A stretch of DNA of 64,000 bases. Source: Tubiluchus corallicola (taxonomy: Eukaryota > Animalia > Priapulida). Each line of letters starts with the position of its first letter. Positions within the stretch are counted from its first letter, which is position 1. This document shows positions 36,577 through 48,500 of this stretch, one piece after another. The stretch covers positions 372,001 through 436,000 of the forward strand of contig JAQGDQ010000022.1 in the NCBI GenBank assembly GCA_030141605.1, read 5' to 3'. The notes under the pieces are model-generated. The model was not told the origin of the DNA. It was given only the letters and a program-made list of their open reading frames with translations, and did no database searches. A program made the position numbers and the translations under genes.

Positions 36577-39500
36577 CACAATAATGCACGAATGTTCCAC
36601 ATAGTGTTTATCTACTATTTTATCTTTTTAACCATTAATTTTGGCGATGGTATTAGACTGAGAAACGTATACGTATTTACATACCAAGTCACTTCATAGG
36701 GCTATACACATTAATAAGCAAAGGTTATAGACAGCGTTACATAGTTTTCTAAATGAGAATTCCTCGAAATGGAACTGGAACTAACTAGATCGTAGTTGTT
36801 TGTCAGGATGGAGACAACAAAAAAGAAGTACTAAACACTGCCTCTGAGACCTCCACCAAGTTTTTTTCACAAATGTTTTTTAGTACGAGCGTTACGTCAA
36901 GTGCTGCGAAAAAAGAACCGGCGAAAAGATTCCCATTTTAGTACCTTATACCCGCCTTTCTTCACAAAGTTTCTTGGAAAACTGTTAGATAGTTTTTGGA
37001 TAATAAGTTTACTACTATAACAAACAAAAACAACCACACAAACAGACAAACAAACAAACCGTGTTGCAGTATAACTTCTTTGACAGAGGTAAAAATAATT
37101 AAAATAATTATCTCAACCGTAACCCTAACCCTAAACACATATTTTACTAATAATTAAAATAACTGTCCCACACTTTAACCCTAAACACATATTTTACTAA
37201 GTGTGCCATTTTGTTTCCTGCGCCATTTCACCTAGTTTTTCATTTGTGCCATTTTTATCGTGTCATTTTTCCTGTGCCACTTTTTCTGTGCCATTTTTTC
37301 CTGCGACATTTTAACATAACTTGTCCATGTGTGCCATTTTTCCTGTACCATTTTCACTGTGCCATTTTTTCCTGTGCCAATTTTACTAGTGCCATTTTTA
37401 CCTTACCTACATTCGAATTCTACAATAATAAACTGCTACGCCCCCATATTCAACTAAGCTACTTTAATCGCGCGGTATTGTGAAATGGTCACCGCCATCC
37501 ATTCCACATTCATCTCATTATCACTGTTCACTCATTTATTTTATTCAATACGTAATCTTTATTAAAAATACTAAGAATATTTAAAAGAAAGTATAAAATA
37601 TGAAAACAAGATAAAACGTATGTACATTACACACAACAAAATTTTTGCGCATAAAAAGGTCTAGTTAAAATTAAAAAAATGTGTAGGCATTTAATACACT
37701 GTTTTATATCAGGAGCAGTAAAGCACCGAAACAGCGTGTTGCTTGCGCGATTTGCTTTCTTACATAATGTTAATGCAGTGTGTGGACAGTTTTAGGTGGT
37801 TCGTAGAAATTACTCGTAAGCGCAAAAAACTTATGTACATAACTGCAAAACAGGGACAACAAAATCTCTCGAAGCCTGTACTAAATAAGAATGACATTAG
37901 TAAATTAAGAAATAGCGGCATTGCTGGTGTAATACATAATAATTATTATTACATCTCCAGTATAAACTGGTTATTGTATGGTTTATTTTCCCCATCTAGC
38001 GCATGCTTTATTTGTTATTTTGTTTATACTAGACGCAAATTTTATTTCTTTTTTTAAATATCCGTTGAAAGGTGCAGAAAAACAAGATTAAATAACATTA
38101 GCAGCTCTTAAGAAGTTTGAAAGTAAGAAACGTTTGAAATAAATTAAATTTTAAGTTTTTTGCTTAAAAACGGTTACATCAAAAAATTCTATAAACATTA
38201 AATACTGTAAATTACTGTATAAACAGTTACTGTAAATTTAAACCTCATGACTAGATATTAAAAAATGCGTGCAAGGATAATAAAATTGAAACACAGAATC
38301 AAAATTAACGTTTAGCACAAAACTCAAGTCATAATTGCTATATGTTTACCTATAGATATGTGCCTTGATGTACCAAAGAAGAAATAAACAAGAGGAGCAA
38401 AGAACGACACATATAAGCCATACACTGGTGCAACAGAGGCTAGCATGGCATATCCCATGCCCTGTAAAAACATAAATAACTGTAAATAACTTGAAGGAAA
38501 AATACAGCGATATACGTACATTTGATCGATTTTTATTCAAGAAATGGCTGATTAATTGATGAATAAACTGACTGACTGTCTGACATACCACAAAATCAAC
38601 TGAAATGCTTGGGACAAAAATTACAGCTGTTCAAAGTTTCCCTCTTGCAAACTGTAAACTTTTCAGCTTGGTAGACAAAAAGTTTGAAAGGAGATGATCA
38701 AGAAGTATAAGAAAAGCTGACCTAAATAAGTGGCTCTATAATAAATAACATTATTAATTTTTTACCTGCGGTACGTGCATTATGGCTACAGTGAAACCAG
38801 CTGTAGCATCACCTTGAAGATCCTGACTGATGCTGTACTTTCTCAGCATGGTCAAGAATGGAAAGAAAGAGACGATGAACTTTTGAAGACGACGACGGGA
38901 ACAAAGGCAATATTGTTTGAAGAACCTGTGAGCTCGAGTTTTTGAAGACACCGCTTCTGATGGCGTCTTCTCGTACTTTTCTTCAAACTCAGCCTGCACA
39001 ACAAAAATTGAAAAGATGAAATGCAAAGTAAGGAAATACGCATAAAGTTCCACAAGAAACAGTACAATGTAAACATGTTGACATGCAGGGGCGGATTAAC
39101 CATTAGGCTAACAAGGCTATAGCCTTAGGCCCTAAATTCTGATAAGCCCTCGGAATCCTGAGACCGATGGCCAATTAAATAGATAATGCTATTTAGTAAA
39201 CAGGACAACAAAATTATTTAAACTGAACGGGCTAAAGACAAATATACGTGTTTTTCTTTTTTGTACATTATCAGTAAGCACTTGAGCGAATGAACATATT
39301 GTACATAAAATGAAATATTTTTCACTGCAGACCCACACATACAAGGTGATACGAGACAGGATCTGGGGCCTTGGGGAAAGGGAGGCAGCCCTTCCAAAGT
39401 GAACGAACTGTACATTTTCAAATTAAAATAAGTCTATTTTAAAATTTTTAAATTTAAGACTGTAATATTAAAAAAAAAACACTTACATACATCGCCATTT

Positions 39501-42500
39501 GTTTTTACTGGCTGCAATTTAAGTGTTTCTGATTCGGCAAATTATTTTTAGCTTTTAATAACTTTAAAGTTAATAATAGTACCTGCTATCAAATTTAGTT
39601 CAACAAAACCGCTTAAGTCCTTTACACACTTTTTAGGTGCATGCATGCTCGTCAAATGTCGCCATTAGAAAACGTATGTTTGAAAACATCTTAGCGAAAA
39701 CACGAACGTTGGTTTGTGCCTTGTTACTACAAGAGACATTTGGATCGCTGGCATATTCTTATTATTGGAATTGAACTTTATTCTTACTATTTATTACACT
39801 GTTTCTTCTGGAACTCCCTGTACATCATCAACTTACTTGGACAGACATTAGCTTACTTTGTAGCGGTTTATTTAAGAGATCTAAATTTACTTAAAACTTT
39901 AAGGCTCAAACCGTGATTTATTTTTTTAACTATAAAATCAGTGAGAATGAACGCGAAAGTCCTTCGACACTTTCGAGCGACCTTTCTCAGGTTTCTGCAA
40001 TGGATGGTATTTAGACTAAAATAACCAATCTCACATCCTATACAAGAAGGCCGTCGCGATTCAGGTGTTGCAGCGCCATTACCTGTGTCATTCTCATCAA
40101 ACATGTCATCAATATCAATAACAGTTAAGCCTGCTACATCAAGCAAGACAAACACACGAGCACATATGAAGTCCAAAATGACACTGGCTCCCATTTGTTT
40201 TAGTGCCATGAGAAAACAATTTGTCATGGCACAGAAGTTCTTTTTATATTTAATAGCAGAGAAGAGGCTGATTTTATATCTTTAAGGATCTACACACGCA
40301 CGATAATATTGTCAATGCTTAACATTGACAATTTTACTGGGCGTCTCCAGGTAATACTGAAATATATTTTTTGCTTATGTAATATTATTGTCAATGTGTG
40401 TAAACACCTTAAGGTTGGAACAACCAATACTAAGATTTGGAAAAAGTGCGAAATTTTAACGTGAAACATTCATAACGATAAAATTTCTTTATTTCGTTAC
40501 AAATAGGTGGTGCAATCACAACAGCAACACATTTGCCAGTGTATGCATATGCTGCATTTATATGCATATAGAGTATGCAGTACTTAGGCCAATCAATACA
40601 TGTTGTGGTTAACCAGATATTAATTATTTTCAGTAGCACGTGCTCACTGGACCAGGTGGCTTTCGCAGAGACATAGTCTAGTTTGCTCCAAAAGTCTAGG
40701 CTGTAGTATTAACTAGGTTGTCAGCTATTTAACGCGTGTACAACTTAAAAGCCAGTTTGAATTTAATTAACCTATCATCTGCAATAAGTGGAGATAACCA
40801 CTCCACCGACACCACCAGTTCAGGAGTGCCTTCACAGAACAACACAAAAGCAGGCCAGCCAAAAGGATAAAAAATTTAATGGGTCGCTGTAAAATTGATC
40901 CAGATCATCCTCATGTTTCTCTGCCACCCGTTTCCGTGGCACACAAGCCACATTACAATCACACTTTTCACACGTAAGAAATAAGCATCTATAGACCAGT
41001 CAAAGAAACAGATCATTTAAATTGGCAAGATACTAGACCATCTAGATCACACAAATGCAGTAATAAATTTTAATGTGATATTACCTCGGTATAAGTCGAT
41101 CGGTCAACTTGATATCTCGGCCTGACCGGACGGCGACACGTTGTTCCTCTAACATTCGAGTTTTCCAATACATCACCCTGCTCATCTTCTTCGTCAGCCA
41201 TATATGAGAAGCGACCAAATTTTTTATCAAATTCTACAATGTAGACTCCATCCTTGCCGCTGCCGTGGCCGTTCCTCTCACACAGCGAGCACTCCTCGTG
41301 TCTCTCACGATTGTTGATTGCATTCTTTTCTCTGAAAAATTGCGATCAGCTAGATATTCATTGCTATAGAGTAATGAAACTTTAAACTGTAGCTTAACCA
41401 TACTTAATTGGGCGTGCAAATTGTCTTCAGACTGCATATGGCATACCCAAGCTGTTCAGTCTCAGGGCAACCAGAACTGGATTCCATCTTATGAACATGA
41501 ATCAATAGTGAATCATTATCCACTGGTAACCAAGATGTGAAGATGTGGTTATAAACAATTGAAAAACTAGCATTGTTTTTATGAATGGCCTACCTGATGT
41601 AGGCAAGATTCCTCCAACAACAACAATGCAAGGCCTATGACGTTGTTTGCAACCTTAAGCCTGTTAGACAAAATAGGCAGAAACCTATGTCTAGAAACCT
41701 TTGTCTAGCCGAGAAAGAAAGAGCGACAATTAAGGCTAGGAGTCTTGAAACCCCCATACACCGAGGAGAACTGAGGTATCAAAATGACCCACCCAACTAG
41801 AAAGTTAGAAATGGAATGTATATATATATATATAATCTTTATTCACACATAATGATTGCATTGTATGTAATATAATAGGGTAGGTAGTGCATTTACATTG
41901 GTATATACATCAAGTTGTTAATAGCACATGCAACATTTCATTAATATTATTAACTGTGAAAACTTCAATTACATATTCATTGTGTAAAGTCCAGAACAGA
42001 ATGTGCGCTAATATGTCGACAGGTTTATAGGCATAAGTATAGTGGTTTAAGTGTGCTCTAATACAGTTTCTGCCGAGAATACTTATACTAGTATGGTTAT
42101 TTAACACAGCCAATGAGCAAAGAACTGGATCAACAGATAAATTTATGTTACAACAGAGCTTTGAAATTCGCTTATGGAAAAGTATATCTAGAGTATATCT
42201 ATCAGCAGTACACAATGTCATGCTTGAATGAGAATTTCTAGGCAAGTTTAAGATTCGTCTCAATGCTTTTCTATATTCAATGAATAACGTCGACATACTT
42301 TTCTTTGATAAATCATTAATTGGACATCCATAGAAGGAGCAGCAGTAAGCATGAAACAATTTAAGTATTTGTGTGAAGCATTATGTGTGAAGCAAAACAA
42401 CGAAAACACGTTTTTTTATGCAAATCGCTCTAAACAAGGCCAGTGGTCACAGGATAAGGCACACAGGCGGAAATATGAACGGTGGTAAAAAAAGCAGAAT

Positions 42501-45500
42501 TCTCGAAATTAACTTGCCAGTGACCTAGGCGGTACCTGTCGAGAATATTTTACAAGGAAGCAACCTTTTGGAGAAAAATTTCAAAGAAAAATTTCAGAGC
42601 CAAAAGCAGGATTTATAAGCAGCCAGTCTGCATCTAGCGATGTTGACCTACAGTGAAATGTTTAGACAGAGTTGTAGGTTTTTACCAAACTGCGAACTTT
42701 TTACCAAAAACTTTGTTTAGAAACAGCGAAATCGTTCGACTTTACAATCCGGCACTGGTATCAACAACAAGAAAACGTTTATATTCTGGGTCCTTGCGTA
42801 GAATATATATGATGCAATGACATTTAATCAACAGAAGTGCTGACGTCGAATCAGATGCACCAGTGCCGACACAAAATTAATATCAAAGGATCACATGTCC
42901 GTAAAAAACATCTAAGTTCAAACTTTTTTCGTTTAAAATTAAATTAGCTACTATGGAATGTTACGCATCTCGAATCAAAACGTTCATCAGATCAAAGATA
43001 TGTGGAGACTGTCGCAAATCCATCAATGCGGAATTTAAATTAAGACTTGAATCGTGTCATTATTTACTACTCCTGCTACTACTCGTTACACTCTCCATAT
43101 GTTATGCGTATGAACGAAATTCCATTTTGACGTAATAGACCCGTACTACGCGATTTTGTAATTAAATCTTCTAATGTTTCTTCCTCAGTGTTTCGTGTCT
43201 TTAAAAGGTTTTACCGTTATGGCAATCAGAAATCTACATTACGCAACAGCCATTGAAATGAATGCAGTAACAGCCATATTTCAGCGTTATTGCTACCCTC
43301 AATCAATGTCACTATCGTTAATTGTTGTCCTGATCATCAACATCTCCTCCATCATCATCGTCATCGTCGGTGTAGTCGTCGTCGTCGTCGTCGACGTCGA
43401 CGTCATCACCATTATCATCATCATCATCATCGCTTTCAGTCCTTGTCGTCATAGCCACCGTTTGGCAATTTTTTCATCCTTTTTTGGCATGTTAAATCGA
43501 GGGCGTGCTATCGTTTTTGTGTATGTTTGCTTTGTTTGTGGCATTTATTGAACATTCACTCTACATCTTCAGTCTGTTTACTAAAAAAAACCGTTTCATA
43601 GTTCGTTGCTTTTTCCTGCAGCATATGTGAACAGGGTACAACTACGTTCTAACTGTTTATTTGTATAATAACTACTTTCTAACTGTTTATTTACCAAAAA
43701 TATTTAAAATGTGGTTAAAATAAGTTAGCCGAAAAAGTCATTGATGTGTAACCGACTAAATTCAGGCGTGTAGTTTAACTATTAACTTTAAAATTATTGA
43801 AAAGTATAGTACAGTACGGTACGGTGTGGTACGGTACGGTACGGTACGATACGGTACGGTACAGTACAGTACAGAACTTTACAGCAATTTAAAACACATA
43901 AAAGTACAAGCAGTTACAATAAAATAAAAAATAAATAAATAGAGTATGAGACGATTAAAGCTCATTAAAACAGTCATTTACTTATTAATTAAAACAGTAT
44001 TTAAGCAAACAAAAAAATCGTTACATTTGTGCTTTTTTGTTTCTTTAACAACTCACACATGCACAGGGCTAAGGTTACGAAACTTACAGGGTGCACCCGC
44101 CAGCTAAGGGGATTTGCGTTTATATGTGACCCGTCACACAGGGTCAAAGGTCACGGAGTGTATAGGGCTTCTTTATTTCTCATTACTCTTAGCTCTTCCT
44201 ATAGCTTTTGAGCTAAGGCCACCATTTTTAGTATGTGACTAGGCAGGGAGATCCGAGGTCTTGTGCGCGACTGAATATATGGGCCATTCGCGTTTCCCGT
44301 CTCGATGCGACGAATTAAACGATATAAGTACATTTAGACTGGCTGATCCCTGACCCCGCAAAAAGAGAATTTGTGGGTCGGGGACGCGAAGGCTTCCAAA
44401 AGTCGAAAAGCATTAGGTTGTAGTACAATAATTTAAAGGTCTCGATGAGACGAATTTAATGGTATAAACTACTCTACTGTCACACTAGTTGTGCTCTCCG
44501 TTAGGGCTAAAAGCCGAAACTGGATGGGACGGGGAAACAGAACACACAGCATAAAACAAGTTATGACAAATAGCAAATATGGACACAATTCCGTTTGTAA
44601 AATAACAACAAATAATGGAACGCTTGTCCACTTAAAGTAAAATTTGCAGTGACGCTAAAACAACTTAGTCAAAAAAGAACTAAAAATACCGTCTTGATTT
44701 GTAAAAAAAACTAAGCAAAGAAAATTATTATTTTTTATATTCCCGTGACCAGCAGTCTGTACTTTATAGCATGTGAAAATGTACTGCTCATAACAACACA
44801 TAGTTTGAATAAAATTTTACTGTAAATTTTGTAAACGCATTTGTGTATTGCATTTAACGTTGATAATTTATTTGTGTGTGTGTTTAATATGTATTGCGTT
44901 TAATTGCGAAATGTGTGCAGCTGATTATATTCAATGTGAGTTTATGAAACGTATTATTATAATTAAGGTTTTACTTGTGTTTTATCTTAAATGTAATTTT
45001 ATTTTAATAATCACACTACTAGCAAAGGCCCCGCAAAAATTTTGCTTATAAATACACAATGGCTTTGCGTCAGCTGTGTTCTAAGCGAGAATCGCCCAAA
45101 ATGGAACCTCCAATCAACTCGTCGTAGCTCCTCTTGGGGGAGGCGTCCTAAATGTGCCCCAACATCATCTTGTAGCCTTTTTCCCCCCTCTTTCTAAAGA
45201 GCTATACATTATACTGGTGTTGCTAGAACATTTTTTCTATAGGCAGGTTTGGCCAAAAACTGGAAAAAATTGGGAGTTGGGTCTGGGTAAACGCCCGTTG
45301 CGGGACGCAGTGGACCTCCTGTGAAATCTAAATATGACTACAACACCCACCGTTGAACGGGTTATCTAACCATTACTGGCACCATGCCAGGCACGTTCCC
45401 GTTCTCCACAAAAATAAGAGGTATAAATTTTGCAAAAAACGGACAAAAAGGGCCATTTTGCGGGGGGTTCTGCCCCCCCCCCGTCCTTACCGGTGGACCC

Positions 45501-48500
45501 GATTCAGTAAATTGTAACATAAATGAAATTTATGTTACAGTTTTAGTACCTTGCAGTACATCAAATGAAACGCCTCGATAAAGCCAAACGAATGGTGTAT
45601 GTCGGCCTGCATTAATGTGAATACTTACCCTTGGGTCACCCGTCAAAAGTGGCCAAGTTCGGGTTTCATCAAACTATTAATGTTAAGCACAACCTTGCTT
45701 ATGTACATATTGTTAATTATTTTGAACAACTTTTATTTTTAAACAGGAAACAAAAGTTGTTACTTAAAAGCATCTCCTATCACAGAAGTAGAATCTTACC
45801 ACAGTTTCGGGCAGGGTCAAAAACGTTCACTATTGATTCCATCCTACTTGTGTCTTTCCACTAAAACTAACGTTTAATTCTAGCCCCACCGACTGCCAAT
45901 TGTTTAAAAGTAATCTGACACTTTTTCTAGGCTGTAACATTTGTGAGCAGTGTACCACTTGATATTCTCCCAACAGCCCTACCAGTAAATTGACTTGGAC
46001 AAACATAAGTCACAGGAAATTAACCTCATTGAAGCTAAATCATGTTAATCCCAACTGTCAAGCGTATACCAATCTAACTGGGAAATTGCAATCCACTGCC
46101 TGAAAATGCCTTTACTAGCACCCGAGCCCGCATGCATTCACACACAGGCAGCTAATATTATTGACTAAACCAATCAGCGTTGGCTAAACTCTGTTGATAC
46201 ATGCACTCGAAATCATGTGGACAAGCCAGTTATTAAACAGGAATATGGCGAATGCCTTTGGGATAATTGGCCAATTCTCGTCTAATATGGGCTGTGGCAG
46301 ACAGATGTTTAAATATGAAGAGTAACACGAGATTTCAGATTAATTCAGCAGCACAAGGTAGAACAGAATTTGCGAATAGAAACCGCTCTACACAGACCTG
46401 ATTCCACCGAAAATCCATAAATACAACTTCCAAACCCTTAACCTGCAGTGGAAAACCAGCGAAGGCGGATTAACTTTTCGTATCGAATTCAAGCATATTT
46501 AAGTATGTTTTCATAAAGCGACAGCTAAATAAATTTTAACTACTTCTAGCTGCGTATAACATTAAAGCTGCGACCTTCTTCAAATACATTTAGCTCGGGG
46601 AGCCTTTATAGCAAATATTTCTAATATTGGGATCTAAACGGCCTAAATATCCAAATAAATGAAGTATAATTTAAGGCCATTATTTATTAGTCTCGTTCTT
46701 TGGTAAAATGGAGCATTATAATTTTTAATCTTTCGAGTCATAATGCGCTCTTTCTCTTGCAAGCCTACTGAAAATTGTTACGGAACTAAAAGAAGCGAGC
46801 GTGCCTTTAATAAGTTCGACTCGAGCTATTGGTCGAACGACTCGCAGAACTCAAGACCGTTGATCTAAAATCTGGCTTTGAAGTCAAGGCGACAAATCGA
46901 AAAAATGACATCGATGACGCTATACTGAATTCGAGAAAGCAAATTGAAAATCTGACTTTCGACTGAAAATCGATGCAGAATTCATTCTAGTATGTTCCCA
47001 TAAAGTTTCATGACGCTCATGGCTGTAGGCTTTTTCGAAAACGACACTATTGCTGTTACCTTGAACACAAGATGGTAGACCAAAATCCGACTCCGTCAGT
47101 CGATGCAGAGTCTGCTCTAGTACATTCTTTAAAAATTTCATGACATTCGCTTCAAATTGACGGAGTCTTGGTCTTATCTGAAAATGATGTTATCGCGCCA
47201 TCTTGAATTCAAAATGGTAAGCCGAAAAGCGGACTCCGGCAGTCGATACAGAATTCGCTCTAGTACATTCCTGTCCAGTTTCATGGCGATTCCTAGCAAA
47301 CTGGCAGAGTTGTAGGCTTTTCTCGAAAATGATGTTAACACCGCCATCTTGAATTCAACATCAAAGACTCGACTTGCTCTGTCGATACAGAATTCGATCT
47401 AGTAGATCCGTGTGTAGTTTCTTGACGATTCTTTGCAAATTTGTGGAAGTTTAAGCATTTGTTCAAAAGAAAGGCCATTCCCCAACAAGAAAAACAAGAA
47501 CAATAACAACAACTTCCAGAAAAGTAGCGATTTGGGTCAAGCCCTCGACCTAGAAAGCATGTGTTGATGCAAAATAATGATAACACCGCAATTATGTTTT
47601 TTGACTTATTTTATAAAACTGTTCTACCAAGTTTTAAAAAGTGACTGAAATTACGAAACAAAGACGATAGCGGTGGCAGTGATAGTAGCAGCCGCGACGA
47701 CGACGATGACAGTGACGACACGGATACAACACTACATTTTTGTCTACTGATTTCTCCAATTTTTTTGCAAATCCTGTGCTATTAATATTTAAGTTACGTT
47801 TACATAAAATGCCGAAAATTAGAAGTGGTTTATTACTCGAGTTACAAAATTAGGAATCACGATTCCTTTTTCCTTTATAATGATGTACAACGATTCGCTT
47901 TTGAGAAATAAAAGCATGAAAGGTTAAATAACGCAGCGCTTTATTATCAAATCGATTGAGTTAATTATTTACGAAGTACCATTGATTGACACGTGGCAGT
48001 GAGCTTTGTTCTTTCCACTGCTGGCTTTCAATGTACGTGGTTATGACAAGTGCCCGGTAAGAAACAAAACCGTTTTCTTGCTTTTGATTTCTGGCAAGCT
48101 TCTACAGTGTAGATGCGTTTCCTGCTGTAACAAGTTTCAACACTAAATGGATGGATGACCACCAAGAAAGTTGCTTCCGGACGGGTTGCATCCGATTGCT
48201 TCACTTGTTAAAATTCGGATGGCTAAGACATGGTCTCAAGTCTACCATCTAAAGCTCAGTACTCTTCACAATTACTACAGTTAGCAAAAAATTGTAGCAC
48301 CAACCGTATTCAAAATCATTGTAAATTAACCTTTAGCATTTCCCTTGGGATTTAACAAAAATATTCAGGGAAATTCTCAATGAACAGCGCTCTTCATGTA
48401 TGCTGAAAGGCCTATGTCAACAAAACTAGTACTTTGGAGTTCGTTTTTTGTCACTTCGGCAACTATAATAGCTAATTGACAAACAACAGCAAGCACACTG

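Noticed and set aside
37121-37134. (CCCTAA)2 as an interstitial telomere
   Set aside because: Only two units, embedded in a foldback element.
36246-37402. Short periodic repeats considered as a CRISPR-like array (also 46950-47460)
   Set aside because: No unique spacers of constant length, no cas genes and a eukaryotic context; these are transposon tandem repeats.
39868-40227. 119-aa minus-strand ORF inside an SLC26 intron, considered as an extra exon
   Set aside because: The flanking exons already join in frame across the conserved Y.V.R..Y...F motif; the ORF has no SLC26 similarity and lies among MITE debris.
43174-43551. Hydrophobic 125-aa ORF resembling a membrane protein (similar cases at 35063-35356, 53246-53554, 57399-57620)
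   Set aside because: The hydrophobic or His runs come from (ATC)/(GTC) microsatellites; no domain or splice support.
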